Below are positions 18,404 to 27,050 of a stretch of 32,000 nt of DNA, one piece after another. Positions within the stretch are counted from its first letter, which is position 1; every line of letters begins with the position of its first letter. Source of the stretch: Promethearchaeum syntrophicum (lineage in GTDB: Archaea; Asgardarchaeota; Lokiarchaeia; Sigyniarchaeales; Promethearchaeaceae); the NCBI RefSeq assembly GCF_008000775.2, contig NZ_CP042905.2, positions 3,120,001 through 3,152,000 on the forward strand, in the 5' to 3' direction. The translations under genes and the position numbers were made by a program. The notes under the pieces were generated by a model. The model had not been told where the DNA came from. It worked only from the letters and a program-made list of their open reading frames with translations, and did not search any database.

Positions 18404-21337
18404 ATGAAAATAAAATTGAATGGAAAAGAAACAGAATTACAGAAAAAAGAACCTTTATTTGATTTTCTTAGAAAAACTGACCAACATATTCCAGGAATGT
18501 GCAAACATGTAGGAAACGATCCCTTTGGATCATGTAGATTATGCTTAGTAGAAGTGAACAATAAGATTATACCATCATGTTCTTACTATCCGAATGAGAA
18601 TGATACAGTTAATACCTTAAAAGAAGATGTAATTGATATCCGAAAATCTGGTTTAGAATTAATGCTATCTAATCATATTGGAGATTGTATAGGCCCCTGT
18701 CAAGTTGGATGTCCTGCAGGGGGAGATGTCCAAGGGTATCTTGCTTTAATTGCTAACGGTCATTATCATGAAGCAGTAAAATTAATGAAAGAAAAATATA
18801 TTCTTCCCGCAGTTCTAGGTAGAATTTGCCCTGCTTTCTGTGAAATGGAGTGTAGAAGAAATATTGTTGATGAACCACTTGCAATCCGTCAAATTAAACG
18901 GTTTGCTGCAGATTATGATTTAGAAAACAATCCATGGATGCCTGAGATCCCACCATCAACGGGAAAGAAAATCGCCGTTGTTGGAGGGGGACCTGCAGGA
19001 CTTTCAAATGCATTTTATCTTAGATTAATGGGTCATGATATAACAATATATGAATCTATGCCAGAACTTGGAGGAGTATTAAGATATGGTGTTCCTGAAT
19101 ATCGATTACCAAAAAAATTAGTCGCAAAAGATATCGCCACAGTTATCAACACCGGAATTTCTGTAAAAAATAATTGCACTATAGGAGTTGATGTCACTCT
19201 TGATCAATTAAAGCAAGATTATGATGCAATTTTTCTATCTATTGGAGCTTGGAAAAGTAGGCTAATGAAGATTGAGGGAAATAACCTCCCAGGCGTAATG
19301 CAAGGTATAAATTTTCTTAAGAAATTGAACTTGGGCGAGAAAATCGATATTGGAAAGGAAGTTGTAGTTGTAGGTGGCGGTCATAGTGCTATGGATGTTG
19401 CAAGATCAGTTAAAAGAATGGGTTCCAACGTGACTGTTGTATATAGACGATCAAGTGAAGAAATGCCCGCTAAAGATGAATTGGAAGAAGGGGAAGAAGA
19501 AGGCGTAAATTTTATATTTTTAGCGAATCCCGTGAAAATAATTGGCAAAGAAAAAATCGAAAGCATTGAACTTATTAAGATGAAATTAGGAGAACCGGAT
19601 GAAAGTGGTAGGAGAAGACCGATTCCAATTGAAGGCTCAAACTATACGATAAATATAGATAATTGTATATTATCTATTGGACAAATATCTGATGAAGATA
19701 TCATTCAAAAATTTGGATTAGAATACAAATGGGGAAAAATCAATTATAATCCCCTTACATTTGAAACGGATTCACCAGGAGTTTTTGGTGGTGGTGATCT
19801 TGTTTTAGGCACTTCATCAGTAATAGAATGCATAGCAACGGGAAGAAAAGCAGCAGATATGATGGATAAATATTTAAATGGAAGTCTTGAGAAAACCATA
19901 ACTCTTCTTACTCATCCTAATAGACATATTGAAGAAATCTTGTCAGATTCAAAATTGAGAAATATTTTCTTTAGAAATTCACAATATAATCATTGGAAAG
20001 ATGTTGATGAAGAAGATTACAAAGATGTTGAAAAATTAGAGAGAATGAAAGTTAATTTACGAGATCCTAAAGAAAGAAACAGAGATTATAATGAAGTTGA
20101 ACCAACTTTCAATGAGAACCAAGTTGTAAATGAAGCTAAACGTTGTATGACTTGTGGGTGCTTAGATGCTTTTGAATGTAAATTAAGAGATTATTCAACT
20201 ATTTATCAAGCGAAACAAGACACATATAAAGGAGAAGTAAATAAATCTGAAATTGATGATTCTCATCCAAATATCCATTATGATAAGAATAAATGCATAT
20301 TGTGTGGAAGATGCGTTGAATTAACAAATGAATTGACGGGAGAGGGCTTAATTTACTTTCAAAACCGTGGATTTACTACTGAAATTTCTACACCTCCTGA
20401 AGTTTCATTTAATAAAGTGAATAGTCATTTCATCGGGAACTTTGTAGATGTATGCCCAACTGGAGCTTTTAGTGAAAATTTGAAATTTAATAAACCGGGT
20501 CCATGGGAATTAGAAGAACATACAACAATTTGTAATGAATGTGGTTTTGGCTGTCAAATGAAAGTAAAAACATACATGAATGTCCCAATAACAGTAACTT
20601 CAGGGGATGAATTCTGGAATAGGGAACTTCTTTGTGATAATCCGCGATTTAATCGTAAATGGGAACATAAAATTAAAAAACCTTTACTAAAGCAAAATGA
20701 TAAATTTTTAGAAATTACAGATGAAGAAGCAAAAAATATTCTCAATGAACATCTGGAAAACCTAGTTATTGTTTTAACACCTGATATATTAAACGAGGAA
20801 GCTTCTAAAATAATTGAAATAGGTAAAGGATTAAATGTTGAAATTGTTGGGTTATATAAAAAGGGTATTTCTAATATTAAATATACAGAAATAAAGAATT
20901 TTAAAAGAATTAAGGTAGATTGTGATGGGGATAAATATCCAATGCTTAAACCTCTCCTATTTGCAGCAAAAAAGACTGGTTCAATAATAACTAACGAAAA
21001 TTATGATTTAGTCATTACTGAAAAACCATTCAATAATAACAACATTCCAAGTTTAATATTGCACGAAGGCATTAATGAAGTTGGCTTACTTAAATTGGGA
21101 ATTTCTAACGAGATTCCAAAATCTTCAAATTATTTAATCATTGGAGATATTGATAAGAAATTTGATGGATTTACTATAAATTTAGGAAAAAATGAACATG
21201 CCGATTTAATTTTACCGAAATCATCATGGATAGAACGCGATGGAACCATTTATAATTCAGAAGAAACTAAAATGAAAGTTAACAGAATAAATTTGGGTAA
21301 AAATCTGGATGAGATTTTAATTTCATATTTAAAATAA
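18404..21337 (+). CDS. NuoG-like/NAD(P)H-binding GltD (NfnB)-like fusion iron-sulfur flavoprotein
   Basis: N-terminal 2Fe-2S domain (CKHVGNDPFGSCRLC...PSC); GltD-type domain (CPAGGDVQGYL, VGGGPAGLSNAFYL, VVVVGGGHSAMDVARS, VFGGGDLVLG); NuoG-like ferredoxin region (KCILCGRCVELTNE...GNFVDVCPTGAF) and CNECGFGC...LLCDNPRF; shortened molybdopterin-oxidoreductase-like tail (HADLILPKSSWIERDGTIYNSE). Confidence 0.88.
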   Translation: MKIKLNGKETELQKKEPLFDFLRKTDQHIPGMCKHVGNDPFGSCRLCLVEVNNKIIPSCSYYPNENDTVNTLKEDVIDIRKSGLELMLSNHIGDCIGPCQVGCPAGGDVQGYLALIANGHYHEAVKLMKEKYILPAVLGRICPAFCEMECRRNIVDEPLAIRQIKRFAADYDLENNPWMPEIPPSTGKKIAVVGGGPAGLSNAFYLRLMGHDITIYESMPELGGVLRYGVPEYRLPKKLVAKDIATVINTGISVKNNCTIGVDVTLDQLKQDYDAIFLSIGAWKSRLMKIEGNNLPGVMQGINFLKKLNLGEKIDIGKEVVVVGGGHSAMDVARSVKRMGSNVTVVYRRSSEEMPAKDELEEGEEEGVNFIFLANPVKIIGKEKIESIELIKMKLGEPDESGRRRPIPIEGSNYTINIDNCILSIGQISDEDIIQKFGLEYKWGKINYNPLTFETDSPGVFGGGDLVLGTSSVIECIATGRKAADMMDKYLNGSLEKTITLLTHPNRHIEEILSDSKLRNIFFRNSQYNHWKDVDEEDYKDVEKLERMKVNLRDPKERNRDYNEVEPTFNENQVVNEAKRCMTCGCLDAFECKLRDYSTIYQAKQDTYKGEVNKSEIDDSHPNIHYDKNKCILCGRCVELTNELTGEGLIYFQNRGFTTEISTPPEVSFNKVNSHFIGNFVDVCPTGAFSENLKFNKPGPWELEEHTTICNECGFGCQMKVKTYMNVPITVTSGDEFWNRELLCDNPRFNRKWEHKIKKPLLKQNDKFLEITDEEAKNILNEHLENLVIVLTPDILNEEASKIIEIGKGLNVEIVGLYKKGISNIKYTEIKNFKRIKVDCDGDKYPMLKPLLFAAKKTGSIITNENYDLVITEKPFNNNNIPSLILHEGINEVGLLKLGISNEIPKSSNYLIIGDIDKKFDGFTINLGKNEHADLILPKSSWIERDGTIYNSEETKMKVNRINLGKNLDEILISYLK

Positions 21338-21339
21338 TC

Positions 21340-21399
21340 ACCCTATTATTTTTCAAAGACACAATAGGGTTAAAATTCAATATTTTTATATTTTTTTTT
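21340..21399 (+). terminator. Hairpin plus T-tract downstream of the NuoEFG-like operon
   Basis: ACCCTATT (21340-21347) is perfectly complementary to AATAGGGT (21363-21370), followed by a T9 tract around 21391-21399. Confidence 0.5.
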
Positions 21400-21447
21400 A
21401 TTTATTTCAATCTTAAATCTTTTAATGGAGCTTAACATTCATAACTC

Positions 21448-22137
21448 ATGTCTAGAAATGAAGTGTCAAAGACAAAGAAATTTAGTCTCCCACAGATAAT
21501 TTTCATTTCTTTGATGGCTACAGCTAATGTGGGTTTTGATCTTTTGGTAAGCCCCGGTTTTATTGCTTTAACAACTCATATTGTAGCGGGGTTGCTAATA
21601 ATGGTCCCGATTAATTTTCTTTTTATTGCACTTACGAAAAACACTGTTGATAAGTTTGGGACAATAACCATTTATATGATCGTTTTCGGTGCAATTTCAT
21701 CACCGTTACCTTTTTGGGGCGGAACTGCAGGCATTTTTAAGTTGATTTTAGGATTGATTATTGGAGTTCTTTTAGATTGTGTTTTTCATTTTAAAAAAAT
21801 TGCTTTAAAAATTGTAATGGGAGCTATTCTTGGATCAATTATTTGGTGGCTACCGACTTTTATTATATGGAAATTATGGAATTTATCAATTGTTGAAGCA
21901 ATGAGTAACATGTTAAAAGCAGGAACTCAACAATTTTCTATGGGAAATGGATGGATCGATTTGTCTGGAATTTTGGAATTACCAATAACCGAGTTGAATT
22001 ATGAATTAGTCAAATTTGCAATTATTTGCGGCGTGATTTCTTCGATCCCGGTCTTTTTTGCGTGTATAATTGGATACCAAATGTTCCTACAAATTAAAAA
22101 AACATCAATATATGAAAGATTTACAAATTATCAATAA
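21448..22137 (+). CDS. Probable ECF transporter substrate-binding (S) component
   Basis: About six hydrophobic segments in a 229-aa protein directly upstream of EcfA/EcfT-type genes; assignment relies mainly on context. Confidence 0.65.
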   Translation: MSRNEVSKTKKFSLPQIIFISLMATANVGFDLLVSPGFIALTTHIVAGLLIMVPINFLFIALTKNTVDKFGTITIYMIVFGAISSPLPFWGGTAGIFKLILGLIIGVLLDCVFHFKKIALKIVMGAILGSIIWWLPTFIIWKLWNLSIVEAMSNMLKAGTQQFSMGNGWIDLSGILELPITELNYELVKFAIICGVISSIPVFFACIIGYQMFLQIKKTSIYERFTNYQ

Positions 22138-22154
22138 AAAGTAGTGAAAATTGA

Positions 22155-22886
22155 ATGAATGAAAAAGATTATAATCCAATTATAGAAATTGAAAATCTTT
22201 CATTTGCCTATAAGAATGACTGTTGGATAATAAAAGAAGCAAATTTTACAGTAAATAAAGGCGAAATTCTTGGAATTGCAGGTCCTTCAGGAATTGGAAA
22301 AACAACTTTATGTTACATATTAAAAGGAATTATCCCACATTCAATTCGAGGAAATTTAGAAGGTAATATTACAATTAATGGCTTAAACATCAAAAAACTG
22401 AACATTTCAAAAATTGCCCGTTCAGTAGGAATGGTATTTCAAAATTTAAATGCTCAATTGTTTAGTAATACGGTTAAAGAAGAGATTGAATTTGGGTTAA
22501 AAAATCTAAAAATGGATCATTCTTTGGCAATTCCAGCCATGAAGAAATTTAAGATTGAAGATCTATCAAATAAATCACCTATAAATTTATCAGCAGGGCA
22601 AAAACAAAGAGTAATTTTAGCTTCTATTCTGGCTTTAAAACCAAAAATCTTAATTTTAGATGAACCAGCGGTTTATTTAGATCCTCCGAATAAAATACGA
22701 CTAAAAGAATGGTTAATAGAACAAAATCAAAAATTTGATACAACAATTCTAATTGCAAGTAATAATCCTTGGTTAATTGGTGAAATATGTGATGAAATTT
22801 TATTTTTTAGAAATAAAACAATAGAAAAAATGCATAAATCTGTAGTTATGAAGGAAGAAACAAGCTGGAGATGGACATATACATGA
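22155..22886 (+). CDS. ecfA: ECF transporter ATP-binding protein
   Basis: Walker A GPSGIGKTT, Q-loop GMVFQNLNAQLF, signature LSAGQKQRVI, Walker B KILILDEP. Confidence 0.93.
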   Translation: MNEKDYNPIIEIENLSFAYKNDCWIIKEANFTVNKGEILGIAGPSGIGKTTLCYILKGIIPHSIRGNLEGNITINGLNIKKLNISKIARSVGMVFQNLNAQLFSNTVKEEIEFGLKNLKMDHSLAIPAMKKFKIEDLSNKSPINLSAGQKQRVILASILALKPKILILDEPAVYLDPPNKIRLKEWLIEQNQKFDTTILIASNNPWLIGEICDEILFFRNKTIEKMHKSVVMKEETSWRWTYT

Positions 22887-23467
22887 AGAAAGAATATAGA
22901 TATAAGTATGGAATCCATCCAGCTATAAAGTTAACAATATTAATTATATTCAACATTTCCACCTTCCATCCACTGTTTTATGATTACCGTTGGGGATTTT
23001 TAATTTTTGAAATCTTATTAGCAGTAATGATTCGATTAAATTTCCAGAAATTGAAAGGATATATTAAATTCTTGGTTATTAATTTCCTTGGGTTTTATTT
23101 TTTATTCTATTTTATTGATTTTTCTTGGATCCAAGCACTATTACATCTTTTTGATTACTTCTTAACCATTTCCATAATTTCCCTCCAAACTTTTATCTTT
23201 TATTCAACAACGCCGCCCTTTGAATTAATTATCGGACTAAAAACCCTAAAAGTGCCAGGGCACATAGCATTTGCAATCAGTATTGCAATTTCATTCCTTC
23301 CTATCATTTCAAATGAAATTAGTGAAGTATTAGTTATGCAACAATCCCGAGGATATAAATTTAGATTAATTAATCTGAAACCAATTATCATTCCGACGAT
23401 TTTAGGAGTTATTGATTATTCGACAAACCTTGCGATGTCTTTGGAAGCAAGGGGTTTTAAAATTTAA
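22871..23467 (+). CDS. ecfT: ECF transporter transmembrane (T) component
   Basis: Overlaps the ATPase gene by 16 bp; multi-TM; C-terminal FRLINLKPIIIPTILGVIDYSTNLAMSLEARGFK matches the conserved EcfT AR[GA]F region. Confidence 0.85.
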   Translation: MDIYMKKEYRYKYGIHPAIKLTILIIFNISTFHPLFYDYRWGFLIFEILLAVMIRLNFQKLKGYIKFLVINFLGFYFLFYFIDFSWIQALLHLFDYFLTISIISLQTFIFYSTTPPFELIIGLKTLKVPGHIAFAISIAISFLPIISNEISEVLVMQQSRGYKFRLINLKPIIIPTILGVIDYSTNLAMSLEARGFKI

Positions 23468-23470
23468 TAG

Positions 23471-25132
23471 TTAATTATCAATGATTATCCCACATATAAT
23501 TTCAACCAATTTCTTTAACTCAGTTGAATTTTCATGTTTTAGTAATTTAATTGTATTAGAACTAAAATTAGAAAATGAGAATTTATGCTCTGAATCTAGG
23601 CATTTTATAAGTTCTTGACTTAGGTTCAAATATTTAGTACTATTTTTGGAATTCATTGATTTGAGTTTCTCAAATGCAATATTTGATTTATCTCCATTTC
23701 TTAAAAACTTGGATATTATACAAACAAGACCAAAGGTATAAGCTTTCATTGATTTCTTTCCAATTTCATTTTCTGATTTGGCAGCAATCCAATAATTCTT
23801 TTGAGCAAGATCTAAAAAACTTTTCATAAATTGTGAATCGATTTTGTCTAGTTTCTTAGAATAATAAGCTGCTTCGATAAATAAACTACCTGCAACATAA
23901 TGATTTTCAGATTTTTGTTCAATTTCTGCAAGTTTTTTTAGATATTTGATTAATTCAATATAGATGTTTGCTGGATCTATATCAATATATTTAGTTAAAG
24001 ATTCTGCAGAAATATAATTCAAAATAGCAGTTTTAAAATTTTGTGTTTTTAGAGCATTTTTCCCTGCTAAAATGTACAAATCATGTGATTTATTATATTT
24101 TTTAAGCCCTTCAAACATTTTTGCAGCATCTTCAAAATTTGAAGCAGCATCATTAAATTTTTCAGCTTCCAGATAATAATTCGCTGCAGCATAAAAGCAA
24201 CTAGCACTATCTAAAGAAAATTTCGAAGATTCTTTGTAACAAAGAGCAGCACCACGATAATAGGAAGCAATCTGTGTCAGATCTAGTTGGTTTAATAATC
24301 CTTCTTTTGCTAGTTCAACATAAACTCCTGCTTCTTTACGTGAAAAATGCAAGAATTTTTCTTGATCATTTAGGTTTCCATGAAAATTTTTTATAATTTG
24401 ATATAATTGGGAAAGAAGAATATATTCTTGTTTGGCTTCATTTTCTGTTGCCTCATTGATAAAAAAATCGAGAGCTTTGTAAGTAATATTCTGCGACTCT
24501 TTGGTGTTTTGTAAATCCTCATAGGCCAATTTTAAAATGTTGTATGCATTTGCGATGATAGAATAATCTTTAATTTTCTTACCAATTTCTATAGCAGTTT
24601 CCGCTGAGTTAATAACATTAGGAAAGTCATTAATTTTTTCATACAAAATTGAAAGAGTTTGATACTTACCACACAGTTCTCGAAAATTCCCCCCAACTCT
24701 TAGAATATCGATCTGATTTTGTATTAATTCAATAGCGATCTTAATATATTTTAATTCCTCTTGATGATTTTGTAATTTTTCGATAAAAATATTTGCTATT
24801 TTCAAAGATACATTAGTTGCATCTTGAATAGCACCTTGTTTGATTTTTTTATTTAAACTTAGGACATAATATTCTAAGGCTTTTTTATATATATCTCGAG
24901 ATTCCTTCGAATGATATTCTTCTAGGTAATATGCAGCAATAAATAATCTTCCCGCGGCTTCGTAGTAATCGCCCCTTTCTGCAACTAAATCGGAATATTT
25001 AAAAAGTTCGGATAAAAAATCAAATAATTTTAGATCTTTTCGCTCTGGGGTGGCTTTTTGAATTTCAAAAAGTGCGTTTTTACAAAATTCTATTAATTCT
25101 TCTTGTTCTTCAAAAATGAAATCCTCTTCGAT
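23471..25132 (-). CDS. TPR-repeat protein; reading frame extends upstream of the track start (24805) to about 25132
   Basis: Repeated TPR-like helical pairs (YRGAALCYKESSKFSLDSASCFYAAANYYLEAEKFNDAASNFEDAAKMFEG). Upstream in-frame translation is also TPR-like (ERGDYYEAAGRLFIAAYYLEEYHSKESRDIYKKALEYYVLSL) with no ATG/GTG/TTG; ATC at 25132 is 7 nt downstream of GGAGG. Confidence 0.75.
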   Translation of the reverse strand: MEEDFIFEEQEELIEFCKNALFEIQKATPERKDLKLFDFLSELFKYSDLVAERGDYYEAAGRLFIAAYYLEEYHSKESRDIYKKALEYYVLSLNKKIKQGAIQDATNVSLKIANIFIEKLQNHQEELKYIKIAIELIQNQIDILRVGGNFRELCGKYQTLSILYEKINDFPNVINSAETAIEIGKKIKDYSIIANAYNILKLAYEDLQNTKESQNITYKALDFFINEATENEAKQEYILLSQLYQIIKNFHGNLNDQEKFLHFSRKEAGVYVELAKEGLLNQLDLTQIASYYRGAALCYKESSKFSLDSASCFYAAANYYLEAEKFNDAASNFEDAAKMFEGLKKYNKSHDLYILAGKNALKTQNFKTAILNYISAESLTKYIDIDPANIYIELIKYLKKLAEIEQKSENHYVAGSLFIEAAYYSKKLDKIDSQFMKSFLDLAQKNYWIAAKSENEIGKKSMKAYTFGLVCIISKFLRNGDKSNIAFEKLKSMNSKNSTKYLNLSQELIKCLDSEHKFSFSNFSSNTIKLLKHENSTELKKLVEIICGIIIDN

Positions 25133-25279
25133 TTTTCCCCCTCCCCCAGAATTGATACATTCTTAATGGAAACAATATGAACTTCATCAAAAATTTTTGT
25201 ATTTTTTACCACAAATAATACGATAATAAATATTAACAAAAATTTTAATAAGTTGAGTTTCACATAATTAATTAGTAAA

Positions 25280-25489
25280 ATGGAACATCTAACAAAATTA
25301 CAATCAACTGGAAGTTTAAAGAGCTATCGTGTTAAAACTTCTAGAACTGTCGCAGATTTACTCAAAGATCTGAAGTTAGAATCAAAATTCTTTGCAATCC
25401 TTGTAAATGGCAAAAAAGTTAATCTAAATGATACCGTTGAAGAGGGGAATGATATCACTATTTTGCCCAGAATCGCTGGCGGACATTAA
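25280..25489 (+). CDS. MoaD/ThiS/SAMP-like small beta-grasp (ubiquitin-like) protein ending GGH
   Basis: 69 aa; VKTSRTVADLLKDLKL..FAILVNGKKVNLNDTVEEGNDITILPRIAGGH fits the MoaD/ThiS pattern (VNG, D.V..GD.I...P..AGG). Confidence 0.85.
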   Translation: MEHLTKLQSTGSLKSYRVKTSRTVADLLKDLKLESKFFAILVNGKKVNLNDTVEEGNDITILPRIAGGH

Positions 25490-25509
25490 TTTAGATTTAA
25501 CTTAACTTA

Positions 25510-25520
25510 TTTTTTTTTTT
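25510..25520 (+). terminator. Poly-T tract after the MoaD-like gene
   Basis: Uninterrupted run of about 11 T roughly 20 nt after the stop codon. Confidence 0.35.
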
Positions 25521-25616
25521 ACTTCTAAGGTCTTATTCTAATTTAATTTTGAAAGGAATGGTTATAGATAATTTATAAAGAGGAAAAAAGTTAAACCAAA
25601 GTAAGTTGTATTTTTA

Positions 25617-26627
25617 TTATAAAGGAATAAAAAATTCCATCAGATCCTTAGCAGCCCGAGTGTTGGGAAATATTTCTTTAGCTTCTTCTTCTAAAGTACC
25701 GATATTTTTATATCTACTGGAAAAATGAGTTAAGATTAATTGTTTTACATTTGCTTCCTTTGCTATCTCCGCCGCCATCTTAGAAGAAAGATGAAGTTTC
25801 TCTCGTGCAAGATCTTCGTCTAAATAAGCATAGGTAGATTCACAAACAAAAACGGTTGCATTTTTAGCTAATTCAATAACTTCAGGGCATTTAGCTGTAT
25901 CAGCGCTATATGCGATTACACGACCGGGTCTTTTTTCAGTAACTATTCCTTCCTTTACAGGATCTATGGTTTCACCGTTTATTTCAATATTTTGACCATC
26001 TTGCATAATACCCCATAATCTCCCTTTTGGAATGTTCATTTCAAGTGCTCTATTTGGATCAAATTTACCGTCTAAATCTGCTTCTTCAAATCGAAAACCC
26101 ATTGTTGGAACACTGTGATCCACCCACATTCCTTTAATTCGATAATCCTTATTTACAAAGATATCATTAGAAGTATGTTGAATTATGTGGCGGTGAAGAT
26201 TCTCAGACAAGAAATAACTATAATGAGTCATCATCATTTGCCCAGGCGGAGTGTCAAGTTTTGGATAACCAACTTCAATTAATGTTAAAGGATATTTTGT
26301 CGCTCGTAATCCAATAAAATGATAATGTGAAAGTAAAAATGAGGCGATCCCATAAGGTCCAATTATTCTAAGTGGAGCTGTTCTTTCATTTAAATGAAAT
26401 CTAAATAATAAACCAGGGAGACCTATAACATGATCGCCATGCAAATGGGAAATTAAGATTGTAGTGGGTGTGTTGAATTTCAATTTCGCGGCTTCGAATC
26501 TACGTTGTACATCTTCACCAGCATCAAAAATTACAAGTTCTCCGGAATCTAGTCTAAGAGCAAATGAAGAAAGGTTTCTATCTTGTGTAGGAGTAGCTGC
26601 TGATACCCCTAAAAATTTGAGCTCTAT
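25617..26627 (-). CDS. rnz: Ribonuclease Z (tRNA 3' endonuclease), N-terminally extended relative to the track ORF (track start 26483)
   Basis: Upstream frame gives IELKFLGVSAATPTQDRNLSSFALRLDSGELVIFDAGEDVQRRFEAAKLKFNTPTTILISHLHGDHVIGLPGLL, the RNase Z N-terminus. Also YSADTAKC, LTHFSSRY. In-frame first residue corresponds to ATA at 26627. Confidence 0.88.
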   Translation of the reverse strand: MELKFLGVSAATPTQDRNLSSFALRLDSGELVIFDAGEDVQRRFEAAKLKFNTPTTILISHLHGDHVIGLPGLLFRFHLNERTAPLRIIGPYGIASFLLSHYHFIGLRATKYPLTLIEVGYPKLDTPPGQMMMTHYSYFLSENLHRHIIQHTSNDIFVNKDYRIKGMWVDHSVPTMGFRFEEADLDGKFDPNRALEMNIPKGRLWGIMQDGQNIEINGETIDPVKEGIVTEKRPGRVIAYSADTAKCPEVIELAKNATVFVCESTYAYLDEDLAREKLHLSSKMAAEIAKEANVKQLILTHFSSRYKNIGTLEEEAKEIFPNTRAAKDLMEFFIPL

Positions 26628-26736
26628 CGTAAAACCCCCAAAATTTTAATTTCCATAAATATTCACATTTTTGTTTTTGCTTGTTTTAAAAAAAAGAAAC
26701 TAATATTTATCAAATAGCCTCCGTGTTATATATTTG

Positions 26737-26967
26737 TTAAGTTCTTCGAAGTTCATCAAATAATTTCTTAAAATTTCGTTGATATTTATAAGCCATAGGA
26801 ACACTTTCCATATCAGGTTGTTTTTTAGTATCTAAAGAGTATGAAAGAGGATGGATTAACTCATCAAGGGGGGCTTCATTATCGTTCATAAGTTGAGGTT
26901 TATTAATACCGTCGCCACCGAGAACTTTTATAAATTCTCTTTTTGTTAATTCAGAGTCTTTTTCCAT
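26737..26967 (-). CDS. Small hypothetical protein (76 aa)
   Basis: Open frame in a gap between rnz and the kinase gene; no recognised motif. Confidence 0.4.
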   Translation of the reverse strand: MEKDSELTKREFIKVLGGDGINKPQLMNDNEAPLDELIHPLSYSLDTKKQPDMESVPMAYKYQRNFKKLFDELRRT

Positions 26968-27050
26968 GACTAATATTAAAATTGGAAAAATATTAAATTT
27001 TGTTTTGAAACAAATTTTTTAGTTCAAGGAATAATAAGTAATTAATATCA

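Noticed and set aside
22727-23391. - strand ORFs 22727-22918 and 23200-23391 in the ECF genes
   Set aside because: Antisense to confident ecfA/ecfT sequence.
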